Shown piece after piece: positions 9,957 through 18,877 of a stretch of DNA of 58,203 nt; position 1 is the first letter of the stretch; the number at the start of each line of letters is the position of its first letter. This DNA is from Gammaproteobacteria bacterium (GTDB lineage Bacteria > Pseudomonadota > Gammaproteobacteria > Steroidobacterales > Steroidobacteraceae). Location of the stretch: NCBI GenBank assembly GCA_043746615.1, contig JAYTQR010000205.1:1-58203 (forward strand), written 5' to 3'. A program made the position numbers and the translations under genes. The notes under the pieces are model-generated. The model was not told where the DNA came from, searched no databases, and saw nothing but the letters and a program-made list of their open reading frames with translations.

Positions 9957-11024
9957 TCAGGGCAGCTGCATATGCAGCGGTTCGGGCGGCGGCGGCGGTT
10001 GCGGAGGCGGGGGCGGTGGGGGCGGCGGATCTAGAGGCACGCCGCGCTCCCGCAAGATCGCGACGTTGACATCCTCCTGCCGGCGCAACGTGCGCATGTG
10101 CGCGAGCCGCCAGCGCGCGTGCGCGCTCCGTAGCCAGGGCAGCAGCGGCCGATCGAATTGCGCAGCAGACCTCCTGCGCCATTCCAACACGCGTCGGCGC
10201 TCGGCGAGCGCGCGGGCATCCTTGCCGTCCGCCGGCGCAAAGCGCCTCTCGAGCGCGATACCGATTAATTGTGCGCTGATCGTGTCGCTGTTGCGCAGGA
10301 TGCGTGCGACCGTCACGCAGGATGCGCGCCGCTCCGTGCCTGTCTTGGAATCCCGGCACGCGTCGACCAGCGTGGAGAAATGCACCAAGATTTCGGCGCC
10401 TGCGATCCGCTCGACAAAGGCGAGGCGCGTCGCGTCGGAATCGGCGAACGAACCCGGCAGACTTTTCGACACCGCTCGCAACGCGTCGAACATCAGCACG
10501 ACGACGTGGTTCCAATAAAAGTCGACCCGCGTACCCTCTGCCATGTGCCGAAGTACGCGGTCGATCTCCATCGCGTCCTGTTCCTTTTGCGCTGCCGCGA
10601 GCGTCGGCAGCCAAGCCGCGGCGTTGTCCGGATCCAACCAGCGCAACTCGGTCGCGGCGCCGCGGATGTCGCACAGGGGCGTCAATGCGCAGACGCGCAG
10701 CCGGATCCAGCCGATCGCCGTATCGTCCGGCGCCATGTCGGACGCGCGGCTCGCCAGGCTGAGGGCCGTCGGATCCGCGGTGGCCGCACTCGCCGTGGTT
10801 TTCGGCGTAGCTTTGCCGTCGATGGGCTCAGCACGCAGAATTGCTGCCGTTGCCAAGGAGTTCTGGTTGCCCCGCTGTATCAGTGCATGGATCGCGGCAG
10901 CGCGCCAGATTCGGTACGCGTCGGCTCCGCGGTGCACGGCGGTCAGCGGCGCGGCACGCGCGTAGATACCCGCGGCCGAGTTCAAAACCAGAAATGCGAA
11001 CAGCGGCAGGCTACGCGTGAACAT
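9957..11024 (-). CDS. hypothetical secreted protein with C-terminal poly-proline tail
   Basis: ATG start and signal-peptide-like MFTRSLPLFAFLVLNSAAGIYARA. Non-repetitive 355-aa body, ending ...DPPPPPPPPPQPPPPPEPLHMQLP. Confidence 0.6.
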   Translation of the reverse strand: MFTRSLPLFAFLVLNSAAGIYARAAPLTAVHRGADAYRIWRAAAIHALIQRGNQNSLATAAILRAEPIDGKATPKTTASAATADPTALSLASRASDMAPDDTAIGWIRLRVCALTPLCDIRGAATELRWLDPDNAAAWLPTLAAAQKEQDAMEIDRVLRHMAEGTRVDFYWNHVVVLMFDALRAVSKSLPGSFADSDATRLAFVERIAGAEILVHFSTLVDACRDSKTGTERRASCVTVARILRNSDTISAQLIGIALERRFAPADGKDARALAERRRVLEWRRRSAAQFDRPLLPWLRSAHARWRLAHMRTLRRQEDVNVAILRERGVPLDPPPPPPPPPQPPPPPEPLHMQLP

Positions 11025-11046
11025 CGTGACCGCAGCTGCGCGTCCG

Positions 11047-11658
11047 CTAGGCGCTCTTTGCCTGATTGGCGACCGCGGTCAGCCCCGCGGTGATTGCGAG
11101 GCGCATCGCATCCTCGACCGAGATGTCGAGCGGTTCGACGAGGTTGCGCGGCAAATAAACCGTGTAGCCGCCGAACGCATAGCTCATCGGGAAATACACG
11201 GTGACCCAATCGTGGCCGCCATGGGCGTGCAAAGCCGCGGGCACGTCCTCGCGCGTGACGAAACCGATCGCATGTACTTCGCCGAACCGCGCGACGACGA
11301 CGCGCTGCAAATCCCGCTTTTCGCCGCTACCGGAGGGCAGCAGACTGACGACGTCGCGAAAGCCGCCGTAAAGGGTTTTCACGAACGGAATCCGTCCGAG
11401 GAAGTCGTCCGAATATTTGAGCACCAAGCGGCCCGCATAGGCGTTGACCATGCTGCCGACGATCAGCAAAAGCACGAATCCCGCGAGCAAACCGAGGCCC
11501 GGCCAATAATGCGCCGGACTGACGAGGTGCAGCGCGATTAACACGCGGCGCAGCGTCGCCTCGAGGGAATTCACGACCCACCAAATCACGTAGACGGTCA
11601 GTGCGACGGGCAAGACCGTTACCAACCCGCTCATCGTCAACATCAATATCTTGCGCAT
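11047..11658 (-). CDS. DUF502 domain-containing membrane protein
   Basis: MRKILMLTMSGLVTVLPVALTVYVIWWVV... with two N-terminal TM helices and a conserved DUF502-like body. ATG start. Confidence 0.8.
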   Translation of the reverse strand: MRKILMLTMSGLVTVLPVALTVYVIWWVVNSLEATLRRVLIALHLVSPAHYWPGLGLLAGFVLLLIVGSMVNAYAGRLVLKYSDDFLGRIPFVKTLYGGFRDVVSLLPSGSGEKRDLQRVVVARFGEVHAIGFVTREDVPAALHAHGGHDWVTVYFPMSYAFGGYTVYLPRNLVEPLDISVEDAMRLAITAGLTAVANQAKSA

Positions 11659-11682
11659 AGCCGCATGATCGCACGATCCCGC

Positions 11683-11937
11683 TCAATGCGGGTCAATCGC
11701 GCAAAATCGTTGCACATCGCGCGGAAATTGCGCCAGCAACTCGATCGATGCTGTCTCGGGTTTCCATAGAAAATAATGCGGCATTATCGCCGCGCCGCGC
11801 ATGCGCGTCACGCTGAGCAGCCGGCTGTCGGGCCGGAAATGCACGGCCTCCGCGGACCGGCAGGGCAGCGTCTCTTCAATGGCAGCCAGTGCCGGCGTTC
11901 GTGAGATCTTGCCGCTGCGCCAATCGAGCAGCAGCAT
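11683..11937 (-). CDS. hypothetical protein (84 aa)
   Basis: The ORF ends 25 nt upstream of the DUF502 gene. Composition is protein-like and GC3 support is modest. No recognisable domain, and it occupies the place where the GNAT N-terminus should be. Confidence 0.3.
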   Translation of the reverse strand: MLLLDWRSGKISRTPALAAIEETLPCRSAEAVHFRPDSRLLSVTRMRGAAIMPHYFLWKPETASIELLAQFPRDVQRFCAIDPH

Positions 11938-11969
11938 AACCGCGCAGGCGGGCCGCGCCGATCTCGTAG

Positions 11970-12390
11970 GCGTATGCGGTCATAGCGCGCTGCGCCGGAC
12001 AGCCGGCCGGGTTCGCGCTGCACTTTTATAATTTCTCGACCGTCGTGGGCAAGCACGGGCTGTATCTCGAAGACTTGTTCGTCCGTGCGGATTTCCGCGG
12101 CCGAGAGATCGACACCAGTCTCTTGGCCTATTTGGCGAAACTCGCGATTCTAAAGGGACTGTGGACGATTCGAGTGGGCCGTGCTCGATTGGAACCGACG
12201 GGCGCGGGACTTCTACGAGGCGCTCGGCGCCGAAGTCAACTCAGCTTGGATCAATTATCGTATCAGCGGCGAAACGTTGCGCCGCCTCGCCGCCGGCACG
12301 ATGGCCGCTGCTGGCGTCACTGCCGCGGCAACAGGAAGCGCCGACCGTGAAAGCGTAACACCACCCCGTCCCGCCGGATGCGCTCGATGA
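11970..12390 (+). pseudogene. GNAT family (diamine/spermidine N-acetyltransferase-like) pseudogene: N-terminally truncated and frameshifted
   Basis: Frame A reads ...QPAGFALHFYNFSTVVGKHGLYLEDLFVRADFRGREIDTSLLAYLAKLAILKG. After a 1-nt shift near 12159, frame B continues CGRFEWAVLDWNRRARDFYEALGAEVNSAWINYRISGETLRRLAAG. An in-frame TAG at 11967 removes about 60-70 N-terminal residues. Confidence 0.8.
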
Positions 12391-13006
12391 CCGGGCCTTC
12401 CTGCAGCGTCGAACCCTCGACGTATTTTTGCCCATTGATGAAGACGAAGCGCCCGGCCGGTTTCGCCGCGTAGACGTGAACGTCCAAGTGCAACGGCGGG
12501 AGCTTGTCGGCGCCGGTGAGGTTTAGTTCGCCGAGCGTCGGCAGTACCTCTTCGTCGTCCACCGTCGCAACGGTCGCCGCCGATTCCCGCCGCGCTGCCG
12601 CCGATACCTGACGCGCCGGTGGATATGCCGCTCGCGGCCGTGCGGCCGCAGCAGTCCCTGTGGTGGTGGCCAGCGGAATTTCGGGCGCGTATTGCGCCGT
12701 ATTGTCCATCGGACTGAACGGCGCGGTCGCGACGGGATTCGGCGCTGCCGCCGACGGCGCGGATCTGCCGATCTGCGCAAATGCCGCCGGTGGCGATGCG
12801 GCCGCGCGGTTGGGCGCGGGCGCGAGGCGTCGCAGCAGCACCGCGCTCAGGACGAGCAAGTTGATCCCGAGCAGCACCAACACCGCAATGACCCATGGGG
12901 GCAGACCGGCGCGCGGCGCAATAAACCCCGGATCGATGACGCCGGGCGCGATTTGCCGCTGCCGTTCACTTTCGGATTTCTTCAGCGCATCGAGAATGAA
13001 AGACAC
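12317..13006 (-). CDS. gspB: GspB/ExeB-like type II secretion assembly factor
   Basis: GTG start with a GGAGA RBS. MSFILDALKKSESERQ N-terminus, one TM segment, a Pro/Ala-rich linker and a conserved C-terminal ...VFINGQKYVEGSTLQEGPVIERI. Located directly after the exeA-like gene. Confidence 0.75.
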   Translation of the reverse strand: MSFILDALKKSESERQRQIAPGVIDPGFIAPRAGLPPWVIAVLVLLGINLLVLSAVLLRRLAPAPNRAAASPPAAFAQIGRSAPSAAAPNPVATAPFSPMDNTAQYAPEIPLATTTGTAAAARPRAAYPPARQVSAAARRESAATVATVDDEEVLPTLGELNLTGADKLPPLHLDVHVYAAKPAGRFVFINGQKYVEGSTLQEGPVIERIRRDGVVLRFHGRRFLLPRQ

Positions 13007-13014
13007 CGGATCTC

Positions 13015-14697
13015 CTAGCCGCCGCGTCGCGTCGCCGTGCGCAGCAACGGCGATCCAGGGTCCGCCACCGCCGCGTCCAGCACGACCAGGGTCTGTATGC
13101 CGGCGATGCCGTCCACGTTCAGGCGGTGGGCGCGTTGAAATTCGCGGACCGCCGCCGTCAGCTCGTGATCATACAGATCGGCGCGCACGGGATTGTCGGC
13201 CGTACCGCGCAAAGCGTTCAGGCTGCGCCGCAGCCAGCCCACATCCGCTCCGCTCATGCCCTCTGACAACTGCCGCACGCCCCCCGCCTGCGGCTTCCAG
13301 ACGATCGTGAATTGACCAAACCAATCGTGCGACAACTCGTCGAGCGGCAGCCGCTCGGTGCGCGCGCCAAACGCGAGCGTCGCGAAGCGTTCGTTCATGG
13401 CGATCAGCAGCACTTGATGTGTGCCTCCGGCATCGTCGGTCAATGTGAGTACGGCCGGCCGGTTCAGCATCCGCACCTCGGCCCAGGATCCGCGCAGAGT
13501 AAGACAGGCGAGCCCGGATTTCGCCGCCTGTCCGCAGGGATCCTCGTCCGCCGTCAGCCTGACACCCCACAGGGCCAACAGTCGGCGATAGGCATTCGCG
13601 TCGCCAGCGGCGCCGCCCACCGATTGCAGCAGGGCATCGATCGGTTCGGTGCGCAAGTCGCCGCCCGTCGTTGCCGCCGCCGAGCCCGCCGGTGCGTTAT
13701 GCGGTACGCGCAGCGCCGCCGTATGCGTCGCTGTCGCCGCGCTTGCGGAGAACGCCGCCGGCCGTGCCGCGAGCGGCGCCGGCGCTAGCGGCTTGGGCCA
13801 CAACTGCCAGGTGGCGCCTACGGCGCCCAAGATCACGCAGCCGGTGATCGCAGCGGCGAGCCACGCCAACCAGCGTGGCGCGAAGCGCCGGCCGTAAACC
13901 TCCGCGGCTGCACGCCGTATCAGGCGTGCCGTCACCTTGCGTGTGTCGCGCGTGTAGGCGCCGAGCAATGCGCGGTCGCAGCAAACGTTGATCACCCGCG
14001 GAATTCCCTTGGCGAGCCGGTAGACTTCGTGCAATGCGCCCGCGGTGAAGATCTCGCCGGAACCGCCGGCCACGCGCATGCGGTGGCGCACATAGCCCTT
14101 GGTTTCTTCCAGACGCAGCGGGCTCAAGTGGTACCGGCCGGTGACGCGCTGCGCAAGCTGGCGCAATTCCGTGCGGTCCAGCATTTCACGCAGTTCCGGT
14201 TGGCCGATCAGGATGATCTGCAGGAGTTTCTGCGTCGGTGTCTCGAGGTTCGTCAGCAGGCGCACCTGCTCGAGCACCTCGGCCGACAGATTTTGCGCCT
14301 CGTCGACTATCAGGATGACGCGGCGACCCTCAGCATGGGCTGTCAACAAACGCCGATTCAATGCGTCGACCAATTGTTTGACGCTGCCGCGGTCCGCTTC
14401 GGCGACGGTCACCCCCAGTTCTTCGCAGATGCTGAGCAGAAACTCCGCGGGCGTTATGCGCGGGTTCAGCACCACCGCGACGTCGGCGTGCTGCGGCACG
14501 CGCGACAGCAGCGTACGCACCACCGTCGTCTTGCCGGTGCCCACTTCCCCGGTCAGCTGCACGAAGCCGCCGGTTTCGTTGACGCCGTAGAGAAGATGGG
14601 CCAACGCTTCCGTATGCCGCTCGCTCATATAGAGGTAGCGCGGATCGGGGGTAATCGCGAACGGCCGTTCGCTGAGACCGAAAAAGCTCGTGTACAT
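13015..14697 (-). CDS. exeA: ExeA/GspA family AAA ATPase with C-terminal peptidoglycan-binding domain
   Basis: ATG at 14697 gives MYTSFFGLSERPFAITPDPRYLYMSERH. Walker A GEVGTGKT, Walker B ILIVDEAQ, one TM segment, and a C-terminal PG-binding-like LTAAVREFQRAHRLNVDGIAG. Confidence 0.88.
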   Translation of the reverse strand: MYTSFFGLSERPFAITPDPRYLYMSERHTEALAHLLYGVNETGGFVQLTGEVGTGKTTVVRTLLSRVPQHADVAVVLNPRITPAEFLLSICEELGVTVAEADRGSVKQLVDALNRRLLTAHAEGRRVILIVDEAQNLSAEVLEQVRLLTNLETPTQKLLQIILIGQPELREMLDRTELRQLAQRVTGRYHLSPLRLEETKGYVRHRMRVAGGSGEIFTAGALHEVYRLAKGIPRVINVCCDRALLGAYTRDTRKVTARLIRRAAAEVYGRRFAPRWLAWLAAAITGCVILGAVGATWQLWPKPLAPAPLAARPAAFSASAATATHTAALRVPHNAPAGSAAATTGGDLRTEPIDALLQSVGGAAGDANAYRRLLALWGVRLTADEDPCGQAAKSGLACLTLRGSWAEVRMLNRPAVLTLTDDAGGTHQVLLIAMNERFATLAFGARTERLPLDELSHDWFGQFTIVWKPQAGGVRQLSEGMSGADVGWLRRSLNALRGTADNPVRADLYDHELTAAVREFQRAHRLNVDGIAGIQTLVVLDAAVADPGSPLLRTATRRGG

Positions 14698-14714
14698 GGC
14701 GGCCTGCGATGATA

Positions 14715-15911
14715 TCAAGCGCGGCCGCGTTGCGGTCCGGGTTTGCCCGCAGCGCCCGGTAAATTGCTGGCATGCGTCAATAAATCGGCACCGAAGCGTC
14801 GGCGGATATCATCGACAAGGGCGTCCAGCCGCGATGCGCATTGCGCCTCAGGTGCGAATAAATCGCGCTGCCGCACCGCGTGCAAACCGCCGACGCCGAC
14901 CCCAAGCAGGCGCACCGGAGCGGCGGCGGGCGATCGCCACCAAGAACCGAGCAGATCCGCGGCGATAGCATAAAGCACCGCCGTCTCCTGCGTGGCGGGT
15001 TCGAACGAGCGCCGACGGCTGTAAGTCGCAAAATCGCCGCGGCGGATCTTGACGATGACGCTCGTCGCGGCCCGGCCGATCGACCGCAGCCGGCCCGCGG
15101 TACGATCGACCAGACGCAGCAGTTCCGCCTGCAATTCGTTGATGGCGTCGACATCGATATCGAAGGTGTTTTCGGCGCTGATCGACCGCTCCTCGCGATC
15201 CGGCACCACCGGCCGCTCGTCGATCCCAGCCGCGCGAGCCCGCATGGTTTTGCCATCCTTGCCGAATGCGCGCCACAGCACCGCATCGCTCGCTGCGCGC
15301 AGCTCGCCGAAACAACGAATTCCAGCGGCGTGCACCACCGGCAGGGTCTTTGGGCCGACACCCAGTAGGCGCTCGATCGGCAGCGGATCGAGGATCTCGT
15401 GCAGCTCGGCCGGTCCGATGCGGCACAGCCCGTCGGGCTTGTTCAGGTCGGAGGCGATTTTTGCGACGAGCTTGTTCGAGGCGATACCGACCGATGCGGT
15501 GAGCCCCGTGCTCTCGCGGATGCGCCGGCGGATCTCGACGCCGATCTGCTCCGGTCCGCCCCACAATTGCCGGCTCGCCGTCACGTCGAGAAACGCCTCG
15601 TCCAACGACAAGCCTTCGACGAGCGGCGTCAGCTCGTGAAAAATCTCGAAGACGCGGGTGGAGATTTGTCGATAGCGCGCCATGCGCGGCGGTACGCAAA
15701 CCGCCTCGGGGCAACGGCGCAAGGCCTCGCGCAGCGGCATCGCCGAGCGCACGCCAAAGCGGCGTATCGCGTAATTGGCCGCGACGACGACGCTGCGGCC
15801 GCCGCCGGCGCCGACGATCAGCGGTTTGCCCTGCAGCAGCGGTTGATCCAACTCCTCAACGGACGCATAGAACGCATCCATGTCGACGTGCAGGATCGCC
15901 CGGTTACTCAT
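14715..15911 (-). CDS. dinB: DNA polymerase IV (Y-family)
   Basis: ILHVDMDAFYASVEE...PLIVG... canonical UmuC/DinB N-terminus. 398 aa, ATG start. Confidence 0.93.
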   Translation of the reverse strand: MSNRAILHVDMDAFYASVEELDQPLLQGKPLIVGAGGGRSVVVAANYAIRRFGVRSAMPLREALRRCPEAVCVPPRMARYRQISTRVFEIFHELTPLVEGLSLDEAFLDVTASRQLWGGPEQIGVEIRRRIRESTGLTASVGIASNKLVAKIASDLNKPDGLCRIGPAELHEILDPLPIERLLGVGPKTLPVVHAAGIRCFGELRAASDAVLWRAFGKDGKTMRARAAGIDERPVVPDREERSISAENTFDIDVDAINELQAELLRLVDRTAGRLRSIGRAATSVIVKIRRGDFATYSRRRSFEPATQETAVLYAIAADLLGSWWRSPAAAPVRLLGVGVGGLHAVRQRDLFAPEAQCASRLDALVDDIRRRFGADLLTHASNLPGAAGKPGPQRGRA

Positions 15912-15924
15912 CGCCGCACGACGG

Positions 15925-16902
15925 CTAGATCAGCGCTTTGACGCCGTCGCGTTCTGCGCATAATTCCTGGTACGTGGCCGTCATTTTATCGCGGCTGAAT
16001 TCGTCGACGCCGAGCCCCGCGACGATGCGGTACTCGCCGGCGGCGCAGGTCACGGGGTACGAGTACACGACGCCCTCGGGAATGCCGTAGCTGCCGTCGG
16101 ACGGCACCGCCATACTGACCCAATCGCCGGCCGGCGTGCCCAACACCCAATCGCGTATGTGGTCCATCGCCGCCGACGCGGCTGATGCCGCCGACGAGCT
16201 GCCGCGTGCCTTGATGATCGCGGCGCCGCGCTGCTGCACGGTCGGAATGAACGTTGCCTTGAACCAGCTTTCTTCCACCAAAGACAGCGCCGCCTTGCCG
16301 ATCACGGTCGCGTGACGCAGATCCGGATATTGCGTGGCGGAATGGTTTCCCCAGATCGTCATCCGGGCGACATCGGCTACCGCAGCCCCGGTCCGTTCGG
16401 CAAGCTGAGCGCGGCCACGGTTGTGATCGAGACGCGTCATCGCGGTAAAGCGCGCGGGCGGCAGCGATGGCGCATTGCGCTGCGCGATCAGCGCATTCGT
16501 GTTCGCCGGATTGCCGACGACGAGAACCCTGACGTCGCGGCTCGCCACTGCGTCCAAGGCTTTGCCCTGCGCCGAGAAGATCTTCGCGTTTTCGAGCAGC
16601 AAGTCCTTCCGCTCCATACCGGGACCACGCGGCCGAGCGCCTACCAACATCGCCAACTGGCAGTCGCGAAACGCCACCTCGGCGTCGTCCGAAGCAGCGA
16701 CAGTATGGAGCGCCGGAAAAGCGCAATCGGTGATTTCCATGACCACGCCCCGAGCCGCTCCAAGTGCCGCCGGGATCTCCAGAAGATGTAAATTGACCGG
16801 CTGATCCGCACCCAGCATTTGCCCCGATGCCACGCGAAAGGCAAGCGCGTAGCCAATGTTGCCGGCCGCGCCGGTGATCGTGACCGTGACTGGTTTTTTC
16901 AA
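15925..16902 (-). CDS. mdh: malate dehydrogenase
   Basis: [31 protein letters not shown] Rossmann start, ...[11 protein letters not shown]..., 325 aa. TTG start with a GGGAG RBS. Confidence 0.93.
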   Translation of the reverse strand: MKKPVTVTITGAAGNIGYALAFRVASGQMLGADQPVNLHLLEIPAALGAARGVVMEITDCAFPALHTVAASDDAEVAFRDCQLAMLVGARPRGPGMERKDLLLENAKIFSAQGKALDAVASRDVRVLVVGNPANTNALIAQRNAPSLPPARFTAMTRLDHNRGRAQLAERTGAAVADVARMTIWGNHSATQYPDLRHATVIGKAALSLVEESWFKATFIPTVQQRGAAIIKARGSSSAASAASAAMDHIRDWVLGTPAGDWVSMAVPSDGSYGIPEGVVYSYPVTCAAGEYRIVAGLGVDEFSRDKMTATYQELCAERDGVKALI

Positions 16903-16950
16903 GATTGGCTCCCGGCGCGAAAGTCCGGGATCTTAGCCGATATCAATCGC

Positions 16951-17418
16951 CTAAAGTGGCGCCGTCTGATGGCCGGCGGCGCCGTTCGCGGGCAGAGGCG
17001 GCGGTCGCGGCGACGATGGCCGGGTAGGCCGCGTGAAAGCGCCGTAATTCGGCGTCCGCCTCAGCGGCGCGGCCGGCGCCCTTTTCAGCGTCTGGTAGAC
17101 GAGATGCATGCCGGCAGCGTCGCCGCCGCGCACGGCGGCCTGCAAAAAGCGCGGACTCTCATCGGCGCGGCGGATTGTTCTCGGCAGCATCGCGAGCGCG
17201 ATTAGAACTCCGAGGGTGAGTAAAACGGCCGCCGCTAGTGCGGCGATGTTGCGGTACCGGGACGGACGCCGCGCCGCGCGCGCGCGGTCGAGGACGCACC
17301 GATCCAGCGCCGGCGGCGGCGCGTGCTGCGCTGTGCGCCGATACACGCGCGACAGGTCGCTGGCTCCGCGCAGGTATTCCTCCAGGCCGTCATCATCCCT
17401 TGGATTCATCGGCGGCAT
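16951..17418 (-). CDS. putative anti-sigma factor (single TM)
   Basis: Starts 7 nt after the stop of the ECF sigma gene. It has one central TM helix (IAALAAAVLLTLGVLIALA). No catalytic motifs. Confidence 0.55.
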   Translation of the reverse strand: MPPMNPRDDDGLEEYLRGASDLSRVYRRTAQHAPPPALDRCVLDRARAARRPSRYRNIAALAAAVLLTLGVLIALAMLPRTIRRADESPRFLQAAVRGGDAAGMHLVYQTLKRAPAAPLRRTPNYGAFTRPTRPSSPRPPPLPANGAAGHQTAPL

Positions 17419-17424
17419 GGCTCC

Positions 17425-18036
17425 TTAGACCGCACCGGCGCGAACCCGCGCCGGCGGCACCAGCTCCTCACCCAGCGATCTCTTCAGTTTGCGGACCGCA
17501 TAACGCAGGCGGCTCTTCGCCGTCTCCACGCCGACGCTCGTGATCTTGGCGATCTCCTCGACGCCGAGACCGCTTTCCTCGCGCAGCAGGAAGGCTTCGC
17601 GCTGCTCGGCTGGCAGTGCGGCCAAGGCCGACAGCAGCGCCGCCTGTTGTTGGTCGTATTCGGCGCGGCGATCGGGCCGCTCGTGGTCCGGCCCCGCTGC
17701 CTCGCCGATCGGCTCGGCAGACGTATCCGCGGCGAACCGGATCGGCGTGGCGAGCTGGCGGCGGTGATAATCGATCGTGCAGTTATGCGCTATGTGAAAT
17801 AAAAACGTCGTGAATTTCGCGCGCGCGGTGTAGCGGGCGCGTGCCGCGATCACTCGCGACCAGACCTCTTGAAACAAGTCACTGGCCACTGCCGCATTGC
17901 GAACGTGCCGCAGTAGGTACCGGTACAGACCGTCCTTGTGCCGTGCGTACAAGGCCTCGAATGCGCGGATGTCGCCATGGCCGTAGCGCAACATCAGCTG
18001 CCCATCGTAATCGACGCACTCCATGGCGCCTAGCAT
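17425..18036 (-). CDS. ECF-type RNA polymerase sigma-70 family factor
   Basis: Region 2 (FEALYARHKDGLYRYLLRHV...DLFQEVW) and region 4 (LPAEQREAFLLREESGLGVEEIAKITSVGVETAKSRLRYA). Start trimmed to the ATG at 18036; the track ORF begins with TTG at 18153. Confidence 0.88.
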   Translation of the reverse strand: MLGAMECVDYDGQLMLRYGHGDIRAFEALYARHKDGLYRYLLRHVRNAAVASDLFQEVWSRVIAARARYTARAKFTTFLFHIAHNCTIDYHRRQLATPIRFAADTSAEPIGEAAGPDHERPDRRAEYDQQQAALLSALAALPAEQREAFLLREESGLGVEEIAKITSVGVETAKSRLRYAVRKLKRSLGEELVPPARVRAGAV

Positions 18037-18179
18037 ACGGGTCCGGCGCTGGAACGTGCCATAGACGCTGGAAAGTAGGGTATCGGCTGAACGATGCATG
18101 CAACGAGTCAAACGCGCGGGGTTCGGTGCTCGGGTTAACGGCCGCGGCGACAATTTTTAACAAAGTGCTTGTATGTTGT

Positions 18180-18211
18180 AGTGACATACATTAGTATAAC
18201 ACTATGTCACT
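18180..18211. promoter_or_regulatory. perfect 9-bp inverted repeat AGTGACATA-N14-TATGTCACT in a divergent promoter region
   Basis: Seen directly in the AT-rich spacer between the ECF sigma gene (minus) and the small-peptide/GntR/ABC genes (plus). Confidence 0.5.
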
Positions 18212-18257
18212 GGAACACCGCAGGGACAGAATTTTACTATCTCAACTGGAGAGCCTC

Positions 18258-18392
18258 ATGCATACCAATTTCGATCGCAAGTTTACCGCTCTGATCCTCG
18301 CTCTCATGATCAATACTCTGCTCATCGGTGGCGTTGCGCTGCTATTTGATGGCTTACCCGGTCATTCGCGATCGGCTATGGTGTCGATCTGA
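18258..18392 (+). CDS. small hydrophobic membrane peptide (44 aa), hypothetical
   Basis: ATG at 18258 preceded by GGAGAG at -13 to -8. MHTNFDRKFTALILALMINTLLIGGVALLF has one predicted TM helix. It lies immediately upstream of the YtrA-type GntR gene. Codon usage is AT-rich and atypical for the window. Confidence 0.4.
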   Translation: MHTNFDRKFTALILALMINTLLIGGVALLFDGLPGHSRSAMVSI

Positions 18393-18463
18393 GGTCGGCG
18401 TCATGGTATTATACTACGCTATATAACCAATACACATGGCCGATCAGCCGCGCGAGTGGAACG

Positions 18464-18868
18464 ATGGATCCGAAGTGGAACGACAATCAGCCGATTTATC
18501 GCCAATTGCGCGATCGTATGATTGCTCTGATCCTCGAGGGCGCCCTGCGGGAGGACGAACAATTACCGTCCGTGCGGGCGGTCGCTGCCGACTACCGCCT
18601 GAATCCGTTGACGGTGCTCAAGGCCTATCAGTGCCTCGTCGAGGAAAATCTGGTCGAGAAGCGTCGTGGCCGCGGTATGTACGTCAATACCGGCGCACGG
18701 CATGCGTTGCTCGCCGGCGAGCGCGTGCGATTCGTGCGCGACGAGTGGCCACAGATCCTCGCCGTCATCCGCCGGCTGGGATTTTCCGCCGAGGAACTCT
18801 TCGCGCAGGCGCCTGAACTGACCCATCCGGTCCCGCCGCCTCGCGGTGAGGACCTCAACGAACCCTGA
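18464..18868 (+). CDS. GntR family transcriptional regulator (YtrA subfamily, short C-terminal domain)
   Basis: PIYRQLRDRMIALILEGALREDEQLPSVRAVAADYRLNPLTVLKAYQCLVEENLVEKRRGRGMYV winged-HTH. 134 aa, followed by ABC genes. Confidence 0.9.
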   Translation: MDPKWNDNQPIYRQLRDRMIALILEGALREDEQLPSVRAVAADYRLNPLTVLKAYQCLVEENLVEKRRGRGMYVNTGARHALLAGERVRFVRDEWPQILAVIRRLGFSAEELFAQAPELTHPVPPPRGEDLNEP

Positions 18869-18877
18869 GCTGCCGTC

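Noticed and set aside
9960-10032. G-quadruplex-forming tract on the plus strand (GGGCGG...GGGGGCGGTGGGGGCGG).
   Set aside because: It is simply the complement of the CCN proline codons of the poly-Pro tail. There is no independent evidence of a structural role.
15912-16000. LexA/SOS box (CTGT-N8-ACAG) upstream of dinB.
   Set aside because: No such motif was found in the 13-nt mdh-dinB gap or the adjacent mdh 3' end. dinB regulation cannot be inferred here.
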